A stretch of DNA of 64,000 bases from Promethearchaeota archaeon (GCA_048938855.1 JBHLLT010000001.1:64001-128000); one strand, 5' to 3'; positions 51,001 through 60,423 are shown, numbered from the stretch's first letter. Translations and numbers: made by a program. The notes: generated from the letters alone by a model not told the origin.

Positions 51001-52504
51001 CTCCAGTAGCCTTCTGAATAATCAAATCTGTTTGAGTTGCTGTTTGATATCTCCATTGATCATACCGACTTCCCATACTCACTAGATTATTTTTTTCTTG
51101 TCTAATTGCAAGTCCGGTTCTATCATATGCATCATCAACTAAAAACCAGTACTCAATAGTTCCATTATCAACATTCATACTAAAATTATTATAGCAGCTT
51201 GCCCTATAAGAATATCCATTATCATCAAACCATAATACTTTATTATGGCCACTCCTACTCGAAACCACCGAAATAGGATAATTATCTGCGTTTATAAGGT
51301 AGGAAGGAAGAGTTCCATCTGGATCACTTTCAAATCCATATGTCGCGGGATAATATCCACTCATTGGTTCTGTATAGGTAATATTTTCAGGAGTAATTAT
51401 ATTGAGATAATATGAAGTATTAATTGTAAAATATCTAATATCAGACTTGTACATAGTTCCCATAGTATTATTACCAAAAACTTGGATGGTGTGTATCCCA
51501 TCTAAACTAGGATATGGGAATGTAGTATTTCCTAGAATCGTTTTATTTAATTGGTTATCAAAAGAATATCCCTGCCAATCAGGTATAAAAGAAGTATCAT
51601 AACTAAATAATAATCCTTCATCAAGGTTATCTCCGACATTATAGTGAGGATCCCAAGAGTATCCAATTGCATCAATATACATGTTATAACTGGTATGAGC
51701 TGTTGAGGTGCTCATATAAAAATTATCAGCAAAAGTCGCATTATTTTGGAATGGCATCTCTGCCGATTCTATTCCATCAATCCAACATTTCCATGCATAT
51801 TGATCTAATCCGGAATATTTTCCAGTAGTACATTCAAAATCAATTCTAATATGGTGCCATGTATTATCCAAAGGACTTGGCATATCACCTCCAGTTGCCC
51901 TTTGCATATTGAGATCTGTCTGAGTACTTGTGTGATATTTCCATTTATCATACCTACTTGAAAATTGAACTAAAGCAGTATCCCCTTGCCTTGTAATCAA
52001 TCCTGTTCGGTCATAAGCATCATCAATTAAAAACCATAATTCGATAGTACCATTATCAACATTTAGACTAAAGTTATTATAACAGCTTGCTCTATATGAA
52101 TATCCATTATCGTCAAACCATAATACTTTATTATGGCCACTCCTACTCGAAACCACTGAAATAGGAAAATCACCTAAGTTTACAATGTAGGAAGGAAGAG
52201 TTCCATCTGTATCACTTTCAAATCCATATGTTGCAGGATAATATCCACTCATCGGTTCTGTGTAGGTTATATTTTCTGGAGTATTAATATTAATCTCTGG
52301 TCCGCTTATTCTTAGTTCATGTAAATTAATAGGATCTTCTTTTAAATTTTCTAAAATAAAACTATAATTAACCGAACTAAAGAGCATAAAAGCACTAAAA
52401 ACAGAAATTAATAACATCAATAAAACAAATCTATTTGATTTCACATTTACCATTCTATTATATCCTATTTTTTTGTCTAATTTAATAATTATAATATTGA
52501 GCAT
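48077..52504 (-). CDS. Large surface protein with four tandem ~290-aa modules (lectin/LamG-like insert in an Ig-like scaffold) and a C-terminal TM anchor
   Basis: N-terminal signal; TPENITYTEPMSGYYPATYGFE occurs four times; WYHIRI.F, YIDAIGYSWD; C-terminal TM then a basic tail. Confidence 0.85.
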   Translation of the reverse strand: MLNIIIIKLDKKIGYNRMVNVKSNRFVLLMLLISVFSAFMLFSSVNYSFILENLKEDPINLHELRISGPEININTPENITYTEPMSGYYPATYGFESDTDGTLPSYIVNLGDFPISVVSSRSGHNKVLWFDDNGYSYRASCYNNFSLNVDNGTIELWFLIDDAYDRTGLITRQGDTALVQFSSRYDKWKYHTSTQTDLNMQRATGGDMPSPLDNTWHHIRIDFECTTGKYSGLDQYAWKCWIDGIESAEMPFQNNATFADNFYMSTSTAHTSYNMYIDAIGYSWDPHYNVGDNLDEGLLFSYDTSFIPDWQGYSFDNQLNKTILGNTTFPYPSLDGIHTIQVFGNNTMGTMYKSDIRYFTINTSYYLNIITPENITYTEPMSGYYPATYGFESDPDGTLPSYLINADNYPISVVSSRSGHNKVLWFDDNGYSYRASCYNNFSMNVDNGTIEYWFLVDDAYDRTGLAIRQEKNNLVSMGSRYDQWRYQTATQTDLIIQKATGGNMPAPLDNTWYHIRIAFECTTGNYLGLDQYTWKCWIDGVESAEMPFQSNEFYSDNFYMSTSTAHTSYNMYIDAIGYSWDPNYEIGDNVNEGLLLSFDTSFTPEWIGYSLDNQLNKTILGNTTFPYPSLNGIHTIQVFGNDSIGTMYESDIRYFTINSSYYLNIITPENITYTEPMSGYYPATYGFEDSGNGENPQGWTVVDIGGQVSIEANIGGHNKIVDIYKTSAGSGISCGFSQDIDNQTSGTIEFWWRVTSTSKITHFMVFENSIRLITLSLYDNSMLRYHDQGNWYYGFTYSADTWYLVSVDINMSTDTYSFSIFDDQGNLKQSGTDFTFEAVVTGDNFNRIDFNSGNFVSGYHHYVDAVGYSWDPNYEIGDNENEGLLLSLETNFTPEWIGYSLDGQTNKTILGNTTFPYPSLDGIHTIQVFSNNSIGTFYESDIRYFTINTSYYLNIITPENITYTEPMSGYYPATYGFEDTRDGSYPNGWKIEEESGTTFQIISGLDGHHKVAEFYDNDNTNIAYMRRDLCSTQIHGEVEWWMRISALRQSYVAFRENDVSGAYATYIAFNYNGWLQYCDGASQNIQDYTPNTWYHIKLEFNCDTDKINVSVNGVQKITNGNFWNPVNNIGGIEFYSGGAGGVDYNFYIDAIGFSWDPYYAIGDNFNEGLLLSFEKTPNFKWIGYSLDGNNNITIIGNITLPMLDNGLHSIQLFGNNSLGYFYSSDIRYFTLNIPIAPPQISINFPQAGDFYGYNAPYFEVSITSLYLDAKWYTLDNGMTKITFEGLSGTINQLEWENYGHGPVTIKFYANDTFGQESYAKITINKDLSPPNTTLLFTPYSGLNVVTDLTVFYLIADDHFESGVSIIRYRINSSSWIIYSGAFRLSGFSPGDYLITYQAFDLVGNIESEQTNVVNLYNTPDRISEISVPLTLSIILVASIGIAISIFAASILHDRNKSRIFIDEKKKRIDKITKDF
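48810..52300 (-). repeat. Four intragenic tandem modules spaced 888, 888 and 870 bp
   Basis: The anchor actcat(t/c)ggttctgt occurs at 52247, 51359, 50471 and 49601. A 56-nt block is identical at 49599, 50469 and 51357. Confidence 0.92.
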
Positions 52505-52750
52505 ATTATTAATAACTTTCTTTTGGTAGCTTTCCTATTAACTCTATACATAAAAATCTTATAATATTTTAAGTAATTCAATAATTTTTATTATAATTCA
52601 AGAAAATAGAGCGAAAAAGATTAATTGTTCTTTTTGAATTGTAAGAAAAATATAATTAATAAGGATTTTAGCTGTTAAAGAATAATAATTTTTTTTTAGG
52701 ATTGAATTATATATTTATTTAAGTTGATATGGAGTCTTGATGAGAAGAAT

Positions 52751-52849
52751 ATGAGTTTAAAAAAATCAATCTTTGAATTGAAAAAAATTTTTCATCCTGA
52801 TTCATTTTTCTTTTTATTATTTATTTTGCCAAGGGAATATCGCTTTTAA
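52751..52849 (+). CDS. Putative Phe-rich leader peptide (MSLKKSIFELKKIFHPDSFFFLLFILPREYRF)
   Basis: ATG 52751 to TAA 52849; 7 of 32 codons are Phe, including an FFF run; lies upstream of pheS on the same strand. Confidence 0.45.
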   Translation: MSLKKSIFELKKIFHPDSFFFLLFILPREYRF

Positions 52850-52885
52850 TTTAAAATTATTCACTTGGCTGCGGATTTTTATATT
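52828..52885 (+). promoter_or_regulatory. Hairpin followed by a U-rich tract; candidate attenuator element
   Basis: GCCAAG-g-GAATA (52828-52839) pairs with TATTC-a-CTTGGC (52858-52869), with an inner TTTTA/TAAAA stem; followed by ggatttttatattt. Confidence 0.45.
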
Positions 52886-52973
52886 TATCATTATTCAAAA
52901 ACAAAATTTTTATTGTGAAAAAAGACAAAAAATCTTTCTAATTCAAGATAGGGCTATTTGGAATGATTTAATT

Positions 52974-52990
52974 CACGAAAGATTTAAATA
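52974..52990 (+). promoter_or_regulatory. BRE/TATA-like promoter proximal to pheS
   Basis: cacgaaag a TTTAAATA, about 45 nt before the pheS start. Confidence 0.4.
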
Positions 52991-53032
52991 CATTCGAGAT
53001 CTTAAAAGATATAATAAAAAAGAAAAATTTTA

Positions 53033-54580
53033 TTGATGAAGTTCATGACTATTAAACTGAGAAGGCAAGCTATTGAAATATTAAAAGAGCTGAAAAAAAG
53101 ATCGGGTGTGGCATTAGCAAAGGATCTTGCTAGTGAATTAAAGATTGATTACATTGTTCTTATGTCAGCCATTAATGATTTGATAGAGCATGATTTAGGG
53201 GGTTTCGAAGAAGAGGAAATATATCAGATTTCTCTAAATGATGAGGGTAAGGATTACTTAGCAAAGGGACTTCCTGAACGTCAATTACTTAATATTTTGC
53301 TAGATAATAATATCAAAGAAATAAAATTAGACGATTTACTTAAAAAGTCAAAGTTAGAAACAAGTATTTTTTATATTGGAATTGCTAATTTGAAAAAAAA
53401 TAGATGGATTGCTCAGAGTAAAGCTTCTGGAGAAAATGAAATCTACTTAATAGCAGATGATTTTCCTCAAACAGAAATCGAAAAATTTCTCCAAAAATTC
53501 AAGGGAAATACTACAATAGATTATTCTACGTTATTGAAAAAAGATATACAGCAACATGATCAATTAAATAAAAGAAAATTAATAATAAAAAAGCAAAAGA
53601 CCGAAAGGAAAATATATCTAACAGATACGGGAAAAAAAATTTCTGCATCTAATATACAGGAATTGAAACAGGTTAGTAAGATTACATCAGATATGCTTAG
53701 TTCAGGAACTTGGAAAAATTATGAATTAAAATCTTTCGATGTATCTAAACCAGGACCTTTATTAAAAGCGGGAAAAATACATCCTATGATTCGGTTAATA
53801 AATGAAATACGAGAAATATTTTTATCTATGGGATTTACAGAAATTAGAGGCCCCATCATTGAGAGTGCTTTTTATAATTTTGATGCATTATTTCAACCAC
53901 AAGATCATCCAGCTCGCGAAATGCAAGATACATTCTATTTAAGCAACCCAAAAACCGCTAAATTACCTGAAAGTGATAGAGTAAAAGCAGTTAAGGAGAC
54001 TCATGAAAATGGTGGTGATTCGGGTTCTATTGGATGGGGTTATGAATGGGATAGTGAAACAGCAAAAAAGACTGTTTTAAGAACACATACAACAGCTACA
54101 ACAATAAGAAGATTAGCCCAATTTTATAGAAATAATGAAAAAGTACCATTAAAGGTATTTTGTATTGATAGAGTATTTCGAAATGAAAAACTCGATAAAT
54201 CACATTTAGCAGAATTCACTCAAGTTGAGGGTATTGTTATCGATGACCATTTAAATCTATGTGATTTAATTGGTTTGTTATCAGAGTTTTATAAAAAATT
54301 AGGATTTGAAAAAATTATAACAAGACCTGGATTTTTTCCCTATACGGAGCCTAGTATGGAAGTATCAGTATATTTCGAGAAATTAGGTGAATGGCTAGAA
54401 TTTGGAGGCTCAGGAATTTTTAGACCGGAGGTTACATATCCCTGGGGTATTAAAGATCCAACTCGTGTTTTAGCATGGGGTCAAGGACTTGAGAGAATTG
54501 CGATGCTATATTTTGATCGGAAGGATATTAGAGATTTATATATTAATCCAATAAAATGGTTGAGGAATCAATCATATTAA
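53033..54580 (+). CDS. pheS: Phenylalanyl-tRNA synthetase alpha subunit (archaeal/eukaryotic type)
   Basis: GLPE, NFDALFQPQDHPAREMQDTF, LRTHTT, FRNE, FPYTEPS, GIFRPE, GLERIAM. Confidence 0.97.
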   Translation: MMKFMTIKLRRQAIEILKELKKRSGVALAKDLASELKIDYIVLMSAINDLIEHDLGGFEEEEIYQISLNDEGKDYLAKGLPERQLLNILLDNNIKEIKLDDLLKKSKLETSIFYIGIANLKKNRWIAQSKASGENEIYLIADDFPQTEIEKFLQKFKGNTTIDYSTLLKKDIQQHDQLNKRKLIIKKQKTERKIYLTDTGKKISASNIQELKQVSKITSDMLSSGTWKNYELKSFDVSKPGPLLKAGKIHPMIRLINEIREIFLSMGFTEIRGPIIESAFYNFDALFQPQDHPAREMQDTFYLSNPKTAKLPESDRVKAVKETHENGGDSGSIGWGYEWDSETAKKTVLRTHTTATTIRRLAQFYRNNEKVPLKVFCIDRVFRNEKLDKSHLAEFTQVEGIVIDDHLNLCDLIGLLSEFYKKLGFEKIITRPGFFPYTEPSMEVSVYFEKLGEWLEFGGSGIFRPEVTYPWGIKDPTRVLAWGQGLERIAMLYFDRKDIRDLYINPIKWLRNQSY

Positions 54581-54598
54581 AATGGAGGAGTAAGAGTT

Positions 54599-56284
54599 AT
54601 GCCGACTTTAGAATTAAAAATTGAAAGATTAGAAAAGTTAGTTGGTAAAAAATTAGAGATTAAGGATTTAGAATACGATTTACAATGGATAGGGTTAGAT
54701 TTGGAAGATATTAATGAGGAAGAGCAAAAAATTAAAGTTGAATATGATCCAAATAGACCTGATTTTTCTAGTCCTGAAGGGATTGCTAGAGCTCTTAAGG
54801 GTTATTATGAAATAGAATTAGGAATACCTTCATTCGAAATTTTACCGGGTAAAATTGAATTAAATGTTGATCCAATTGTTAATAGAGTCCGACCATATAT
54901 TGTCTGTGGTGTTATCAGAGATATTGATTTAGATGAGGATGAAGTTGCTACTTTAATGAATATTCAAGAACACTTACATTGGGCAGTAGGCCGAGATAGA
55001 AAAAAGGTAGCAATTGGTGTTCATGATCTTGATAAAATTACACCCCCTTATCGATATACTGCAGTTAAACCAGATTCTGTAAGTTTTATACCATTACATG
55101 GGGATGGTTATCCCATGAATTTAGAAGAAATATTACTTTTGCATGAGAAAGGTATTGAATATGCTCATATCTTAGAAGGAAAAGAAGTTTACCCTATAAT
55201 TTATGATAATAACAATGAAGTTTTGTCTTTTCCACCTGTGATAAATGGAGTTTTAACAACTGTTACTGACGATACTAAAAATTTATTTTTGGATTTAACG
55301 GGAACAGATTTTAAAGCGGTAAATTTAGCTTTAAACATTTTATCAACAACTTTAGCAGATATGAGTGCAAAGATTGAAAGTGTTAAAGTGAATTATGAAA
55401 AAGGAAAAGAAATTGTAACTCCAAATTTAAAGCCTGAAAAATGGGAGGTAGAAATTGACTATATTAATGATTATATGGGGTTAAAATTATCTCCGAAAGA
55501 TATGATAAAATGCTTTAATAAAGTTAGATTTGACGCTAAACAATCTAGTAAAAAAGGTTATTTAGATATCATGATTCCAGCATATAGAGGAGATATTATG
55601 CATAAAGTCGATTTCACTGAAGATTGTGCTATTGGATATGGATACGATAAATTACCAAGAACAATTAGGGAAGGAGGGATAGGAAAGTATCATCCAATTC
55701 AGTCATTTTCAAATAAAATTCGAACTATAATGATTGGTGCTGGATACTTAGAAGTCTTGAACCTTATCTTATCTAACTCTGAGAAGCATTATGAATATAT
55801 GAAGCAAGAATTTAAAGAAAAAGAAAATGTCCAGATTTTAAATCCTGTTTCAAAAGAATACAACACAACAAGAACAAGTCTTTTACCAAAATTATTAGAA
55901 ACTTTATTGAACAACCGTTCTGAAGAAAAACCAATAAGAATATTTGAAGTTGGTGATGTCATATTACTTGATAAAAGCGAAGAAACTGGTGCTAAAAGAG
56001 AAGTTCATCTTTCAGCTACTACATATCATGAAAACGCAGATTTTACAGAGATTAGATCGACTTTAGACTTTATAATGACTTCACTTGGCTATGAGAACGA
56101 ATATGAGGTTAAATCTGAGAAACATCCAAGTTATATTAATGGTCGCTTCGGCAATGTTTATTTAAATAATACTAATATTGGAGAAATTGGTGAATTACAT
56201 CCAGAAGTGCTTTTAAATTTTAAATTAGAATTTCCCGTTGCTGCCTTAGAACTCAATTTTCAACATTTATTAAACAATATATAA
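54599..56284 (+). CDS. pheT: Phenylalanyl-tRNA synthetase beta subunit
   Basis: NRPDFSSPEG, RKKVAIGVHD, SFPPVIN, YRGDIMH.VDFTED, FEVGDV, GELHP; GGAGG SD. Confidence 0.96.
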   Translation: MPTLELKIERLEKLVGKKLEIKDLEYDLQWIGLDLEDINEEEQKIKVEYDPNRPDFSSPEGIARALKGYYEIELGIPSFEILPGKIELNVDPIVNRVRPYIVCGVIRDIDLDEDEVATLMNIQEHLHWAVGRDRKKVAIGVHDLDKITPPYRYTAVKPDSVSFIPLHGDGYPMNLEEILLLHEKGIEYAHILEGKEVYPIIYDNNNEVLSFPPVINGVLTTVTDDTKNLFLDLTGTDFKAVNLALNILSTTLADMSAKIESVKVNYEKGKEIVTPNLKPEKWEVEIDYINDYMGLKLSPKDMIKCFNKVRFDAKQSSKKGYLDIMIPAYRGDIMHKVDFTEDCAIGYGYDKLPRTIREGGIGKYHPIQSFSNKIRTIMIGAGYLEVLNLILSNSEKHYEYMKQEFKEKENVQILNPVSKEYNTTRTSLLPKLLETLLNNRSEEKPIRIFEVGDVILLDKSEETGAKREVHLSATTYHENADFTEIRSTLDFIMTSLGYENEYEVKSEKHPSYINGRFGNVYLNNTNIGEIGELHPEVLLNFKLEFPVAALELNFQHLLNNI

Positions 56285-56322
56285 TATTAGGGATATTAAA
56301 AAAAATATGAAGAAGATTATCA

Positions 56323-56577
56323 ATGGAAGAAATTGAGATTTTAAGAAAAGATATCGATAAAATTGACGATAAAATCGTTGATTTATTAAATATGCGAGCA
56401 GAGCTTGTTGTGGAAATTGGAAAAATTAAAAAACAAATGAAAATAGAAGTGTTACAACCTCAGAGAGAAAAGGAAATCTTAAAGCGAGTTAAGGAAAAGT
56501 CAATCTTATTAAAGAGCACTAGTATTGAAGCAATATGGAAAGAAATTCTAAATGCATGTAGATTAATCCAATCTTAA
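56323..56577 (+). CDS. Stand-alone AroQ chorismate mutase
   Basis: LRKDIDKIDDKIVDLLNMR...IGKIK...QPQRE...IQ. Confidence 0.9.
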   Translation: MEEIEILRKDIDKIDDKIVDLLNMRAELVVEIGKIKKQMKIEVLQPQREKEILKRVKEKSILLKSTSIEAIWKEILNACRLIQS

Positions 56578-56676
56578 ATTCTATTTTTAGAAACTTTTTT
56601 ACATAGCAAAATATATACTAACTTATTCTATGATTTGAAGGTAAAAATTCTATTACCTTAAGCATAAAAATATTGA

Positions 56677-57411
56677 ATGAAAAAGATACTTGAAATGTCA
56701 GGAAATATAAGATTTGATGGTCGGAAATTTGATGAACTAAGAAATACCTCAATAGAAAGAAATTATCTTAAATATCCCGAAGGTTCTGTTCTAATAATTC
56801 AAGGAAACACAAAAGTTATTGTGACGGCGTCTATTATAGATTCTGTACCACGATTTTTGGTAGATACAGGAACTGGATGGATTACAGCAGAGTATTCAAT
56901 GCTACCAAGAGCTACCCAAATTAGAAATCAAAGAGAAATTCATAAAGGACGAACCTTCGAGATTCAAAGATTAATTGGTCGTAGTATTCGAGCAGCTTTT
57001 AATTATGAAAAACTTGGAGAACGAACTATTAGAATTGATTGTGATGTTATTCAAGCTGATGGGGGCACTAGGTGTGCCTCAATAACTGGTGCGTTTGTAG
57101 CTGTGTTTGACGCTATAAATTACCTTTATAATGAGCAATTAATCTATGAATTCCCAGATTACAATGTTATAGCAGCAATATCTTTAGGTATTAAGAATAA
57201 CCAAGTTCTATTGGATTTAGATTATGGTGAAGATTCAAAAGTAGATGTAGATTTTAACTTGGTTATGAATGATAATACTGAAATTATTGAATTACAAGGA
57301 ACAGCAGAAGGTGCAACATTCACAAAAAAGAAATTGGGTGAAATTATAGAATTAGGAGAAAAAGGGATTTTAGAATTAATAAAAATTCAAAAAAAAGTAT
57401 TAAATCTATAA
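56677..57411 (+). CDS. rph: Ribonuclease PH, bacterial type
   Basis: R.DGR..DELR, GWITAEYSMLPRAT, GRTFEIQRLIGRSIR, DCDVIQADGGTR, DLDYGEDS, ELQGTAE. Confidence 0.92.
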   Translation: MKKILEMSGNIRFDGRKFDELRNTSIERNYLKYPEGSVLIIQGNTKVIVTASIIDSVPRFLVDTGTGWITAEYSMLPRATQIRNQREIHKGRTFEIQRLIGRSIRAAFNYEKLGERTIRIDCDVIQADGGTRCASITGAFVAVFDAINYLYNEQLIYEFPDYNVIAAISLGIKNNQVLLDLDYGEDSKVDVDFNLVMNDNTEIIELQGTAEGATFTKKKLGEIIELGEKGILELIKIQKKVLNL

Positions 57412-57457
57412 ATTAAAGTTTCTATAAATTTAAGTTTCAATAAATAGCAATAAAATA

Positions 57458-58915
57458 CTATTTAAATTTATCTAAATCTAATTTATCTATAGATTTAGTT
57501 ATTTTCAATTTTTCTCTCGATGATTCAGCTATCTTCTTAAGGTGATGCTGTTTTATAGTTCTAAATTCAGATAATTTTTCTTTATTTATATCAATCAAAT
57601 TATTATTCTCTCTAGGATCTAATTCCAAATTAAATAAGAATTCTGTATTATTTTCTTCATCATATATGTATTTCCAACCTTGATTTCGAATTGCTAATAA
57701 GAGAAATCCTTCTTTTTCATTTCTTTTCATAGAACCACTTTTTTGATAACATTCGGAAATGATAATACCAGTTTTTCTAAGAGTTTTACCTTTAATCAAT
57801 GAAAGTAGACTTACTCCCTGGAAGTTATCAGGAATTTCTATTCCATAATAATCTAAGATTGTTGGGGTTACATCAATTAATTGAATTGTATCATTTATCT
57901 TATTTTTGATTGATTTCTTACCTAATTCTACAATTATTAAAGGTACTCTCAAAACCTCATCAAAAATGGTCCCTTGATGGCCAAAAAACTCATGTTCATA
58001 AAAGCTTTCACCATGATCAGCAGTTATAATAATTAAACAGTCATTTTTAATTTCCTTTTTGACTGTTTCTAAAAAAAGGGCTAGATATTCATCAACAAAG
58101 TTAATTTCAGCATCATACAATGTTTTTAAATCATCTACATATTTAGGAGTTATTTCTATGTCCTTTACATTTGGATAAACTTGTTCTACAAGGAATTTTC
58201 TTTCCGATATATTAAAATCTTTTTTCCTAAAACTTAAAACATTTCGCATGGGAGGATTATAAGGACTATGAACATCCATAAAATGTGCCCAAATAAAACT
58301 AGGTTTTTTAAGGGTTTTTAAAAATGAATTTAATTTGTTTACAACATAGGGTGCATTATAAGCGATAGGTGTAAATGGTAGTAAAATGTCTGTAAGAAAG
58401 GGTATTTTCTTTCTTAACCATGTTTTTAATCTATTAAATCCTTTGATTCGGTACATTAACTTGTTTGATAGGTTATGATAGTCAAGAATTTTTTTCAAAT
58501 TAGCAATTAATTTGAGTTTTAAACTATTCTTAGGTTCTTTTTTATACCGTTCTCCGTCAAGAAAAGTGTCGAATCCACGGTCAAAATTAAAATATTTCCC
58601 AAGATTAGGGTTACTGTGAATTGCAAAGGTATTTATATTGTTTTCTTTTAACAGCTGTGGTAACGTGATTTTTTCAGGAGGTAATGGACTAAAACCGCCA
58701 TCTAATAAAGGTAAAATTGAAGTAAAGAGTGAAGAGAATGCAGTAGGTGACTCCGGTCCGTTTGTAATTGCGTTTAAAAAAATAGAACCTTCTTCAGCGA
58801 ATTTTTCCAAATATGGTGCAGTATTTCGGTGATATCCATAAGACTTCAAATGGTCGGCTCTTAAAGCATCAATAGTTAATAATATTACTGTCTTTTTTTG
58901 CTGTTCAGGAATCAT
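57458..58915 (-). CDS. Sulfatase/alkaline-phosphatase superfamily protein
   Basis: TIDALRAD, HFMDVHSPY, TADHGE, GHQ, LFNLELDPRE; the nucleophile loop is atypical (ESPTAF). Confidence 0.85.
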   Translation of the reverse strand: MIPEQQKKTVILLTIDALRADHLKSYGYHRNTAPYLEKFAEEGSIFLNAITNGPESPTAFSSLFTSILPLLDGGFSPLPPEKITLPQLLKENNINTFAIHSNPNLGKYFNFDRGFDTFLDGERYKKEPKNSLKLKLIANLKKILDYHNLSNKLMYRIKGFNRLKTWLRKKIPFLTDILLPFTPIAYNAPYVVNKLNSFLKTLKKPSFIWAHFMDVHSPYNPPMRNVLSFRKKDFNISERKFLVEQVYPNVKDIEITPKYVDDLKTLYDAEINFVDEYLALFLETVKKEIKNDCLIIITADHGESFYEHEFFGHQGTIFDEVLRVPLIIVELGKKSIKNKINDTIQLIDVTPTILDYYGIEIPDNFQGVSLLSLIKGKTLRKTGIIISECYQKSGSMKRNEKEGFLLLAIRNQGWKYIYDEENNTEFLFNLELDPRENNNLIDINKEKLSEFRTIKQHHLKKIAESSREKLKITKSIDKLDLDKFK

Positions 58916-59012
58916 CGTAATATATAATAAATATGGATAAATAAAATTTTGGAATAATTAGTAGGGACACTCACAATAAATTTGAACCAGCTAATATTAT
59001 TTGGAAAAAACG

Positions 59013-60164
59013 TTAATGAGCTTCAATTCCTAATTGTTCTGGATGTTCTTGGAAATACTTAACTCCCTCTTTAATAATATCAACTATCGACTTGAGAGGT
59101 CTCCATCCAATTTCATTAATTATCTTATCATTTCTTCCAATTAATAATGGCACTTCACTTGGCCTTAATCTATTTTTATCAACAAATACACCAGTAGATA
59201 TATTAAATAATTTTTTTGCTAATTTAACATAATTTGCTATAGTAATTCCTTTACCAGAACATACATTATAAGGTTCACCGTATTTTTTTTTTTCACTAAC
59301 CAATATATATGCATTGACTGTATCGTTAACATGAGTATAATCTCTAATAGCATTTGGGTTCCCAATTACAATTTTTTCTCTTAAATTATTTAAAACTTCG
59401 ACGATTTGTCGATGAACTACGCTAGTAACAAATTGAATTCCTCTTCGTGGACCCTCATGGTTAAAGCCACGAGTTATAATGCTAGGAATCCCATAAGAAT
59501 TATGATATAACCAAGCTATTTGTTCAGTAGCGCATTTTGATATTCCATAAACACTTCTAGGACGAAAAGGATTTTTTTTTATATCTTCAGTTACAGGAAC
59601 CTCATTTGGATCAACTAAACCATATTGTTCACTACTACATGCCACTTGAATGCTATCTAAATTACTGTTAAACCGTCTAGCGGCTTCGAAAAGTTTTACA
59701 GTTCCAATTATGTTATTATGAGCAACTCTTGCAGGTTCTCTAAATGAAGTGGGTATAAATGACTCTGCAGCAAGATGAAATACAGCATTTGGTTCTACTT
59801 CTTCAAATATTCTATAAATTCTTTCTGCACTTGTAATATCCGCTTCATGTAAAATAATCTTCCCCCGTAAATGTTCAATATTCTCATGCATAGGAACAGC
59901 ATGTCTCCGAATAGTACCATATATTTCAGCACCTAAATCTAATAACTGTTCAGCAAGATGACTCCCAGCAAACCCACTTATACCGGTTATCAAAACTCTT
60001 TTTTCATTCCAATAATTTTTATTAGGTTTGGCAGAAGTGCGATTCTTAAAATCTTCTAAGTATTTTTCAATTTTTTCTGGTACAATAATAAATCCTTGGT
60101 GTTCAAGTTCTTTAACACGTGGATTTTCCTCAATTATTTTCTCAATTGGTATTAGGTTATTCAT
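59013..60164 (-). CDS. gmd: GDP-mannose 4,6-dehydratase-like NDP-sugar SDR
   Basis: TGISGFAG, HLAAES, SSEQYG, YGISK, FNHEGPRRG.QFVT, RDYT, RLRPSE. Confidence 0.8.
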   Translation of the reverse strand: MNNLIPIEKIIEENPRVKELEHQGFIIVPEKIEKYLEDFKNRTSAKPNKNYWNEKRVLITGISGFAGSHLAEQLLDLGAEIYGTIRRHAVPMHENIEHLRGKIILHEADITSAERIYRIFEEVEPNAVFHLAAESFIPTSFREPARVAHNNIIGTVKLFEAARRFNSNLDSIQVACSSEQYGLVDPNEVPVTEDIKKNPFRPRSVYGISKCATEQIAWLYHNSYGIPSIITRGFNHEGPRRGIQFVTSVVHRQIVEVLNNLREKIVIGNPNAIRDYTHVNDTVNAYILVSEKKKYGEPYNVCSGKGITIANYVKLAKKLFNISTGVFVDKNRLRPSEVPLLIGRNDKIINEIGWRPLKSIVDIIKEGVKYFQEHPEQLGIEAH

Positions 60165-60423
60165 AGTATAAGTTATTTTAAATTAAAGATTTATTTTTAA
60201 GTTAATTATTAATTTTTTGGGTTAATTTTATTAAATACAAGTGAAATGTGTTGAAAAAATATTATATAGCAAGAATTTCCATAGATAAAATGGTTTAGAG
60301 AATTTATTTTCTTCAAACAGAGACAACATTAGTAAAAATCTTAATATCAAAAATCATCTATCAAAAAATATTAATCTTAATAGATTTTTATTAAATAATT
60401 GGAAAAAAAAATCATTATCTTCA

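Noticed and set aside
48810-52300. Repeats as a DGR template/variable pair or CRISPR array
   Set aside because: No reverse transcriptase or cas genes, differences are not adenine-specific, and the units are in-frame protein modules of ~0.9 kb.
2171-58832. Short ORF-track entries overlapping larger genes (e.g. 5595-5834, 19499-19843, 31437-31865, 44343-45659)
   Set aside because: These are antisense or alternate-frame shadows of well-supported genes, with no motifs.
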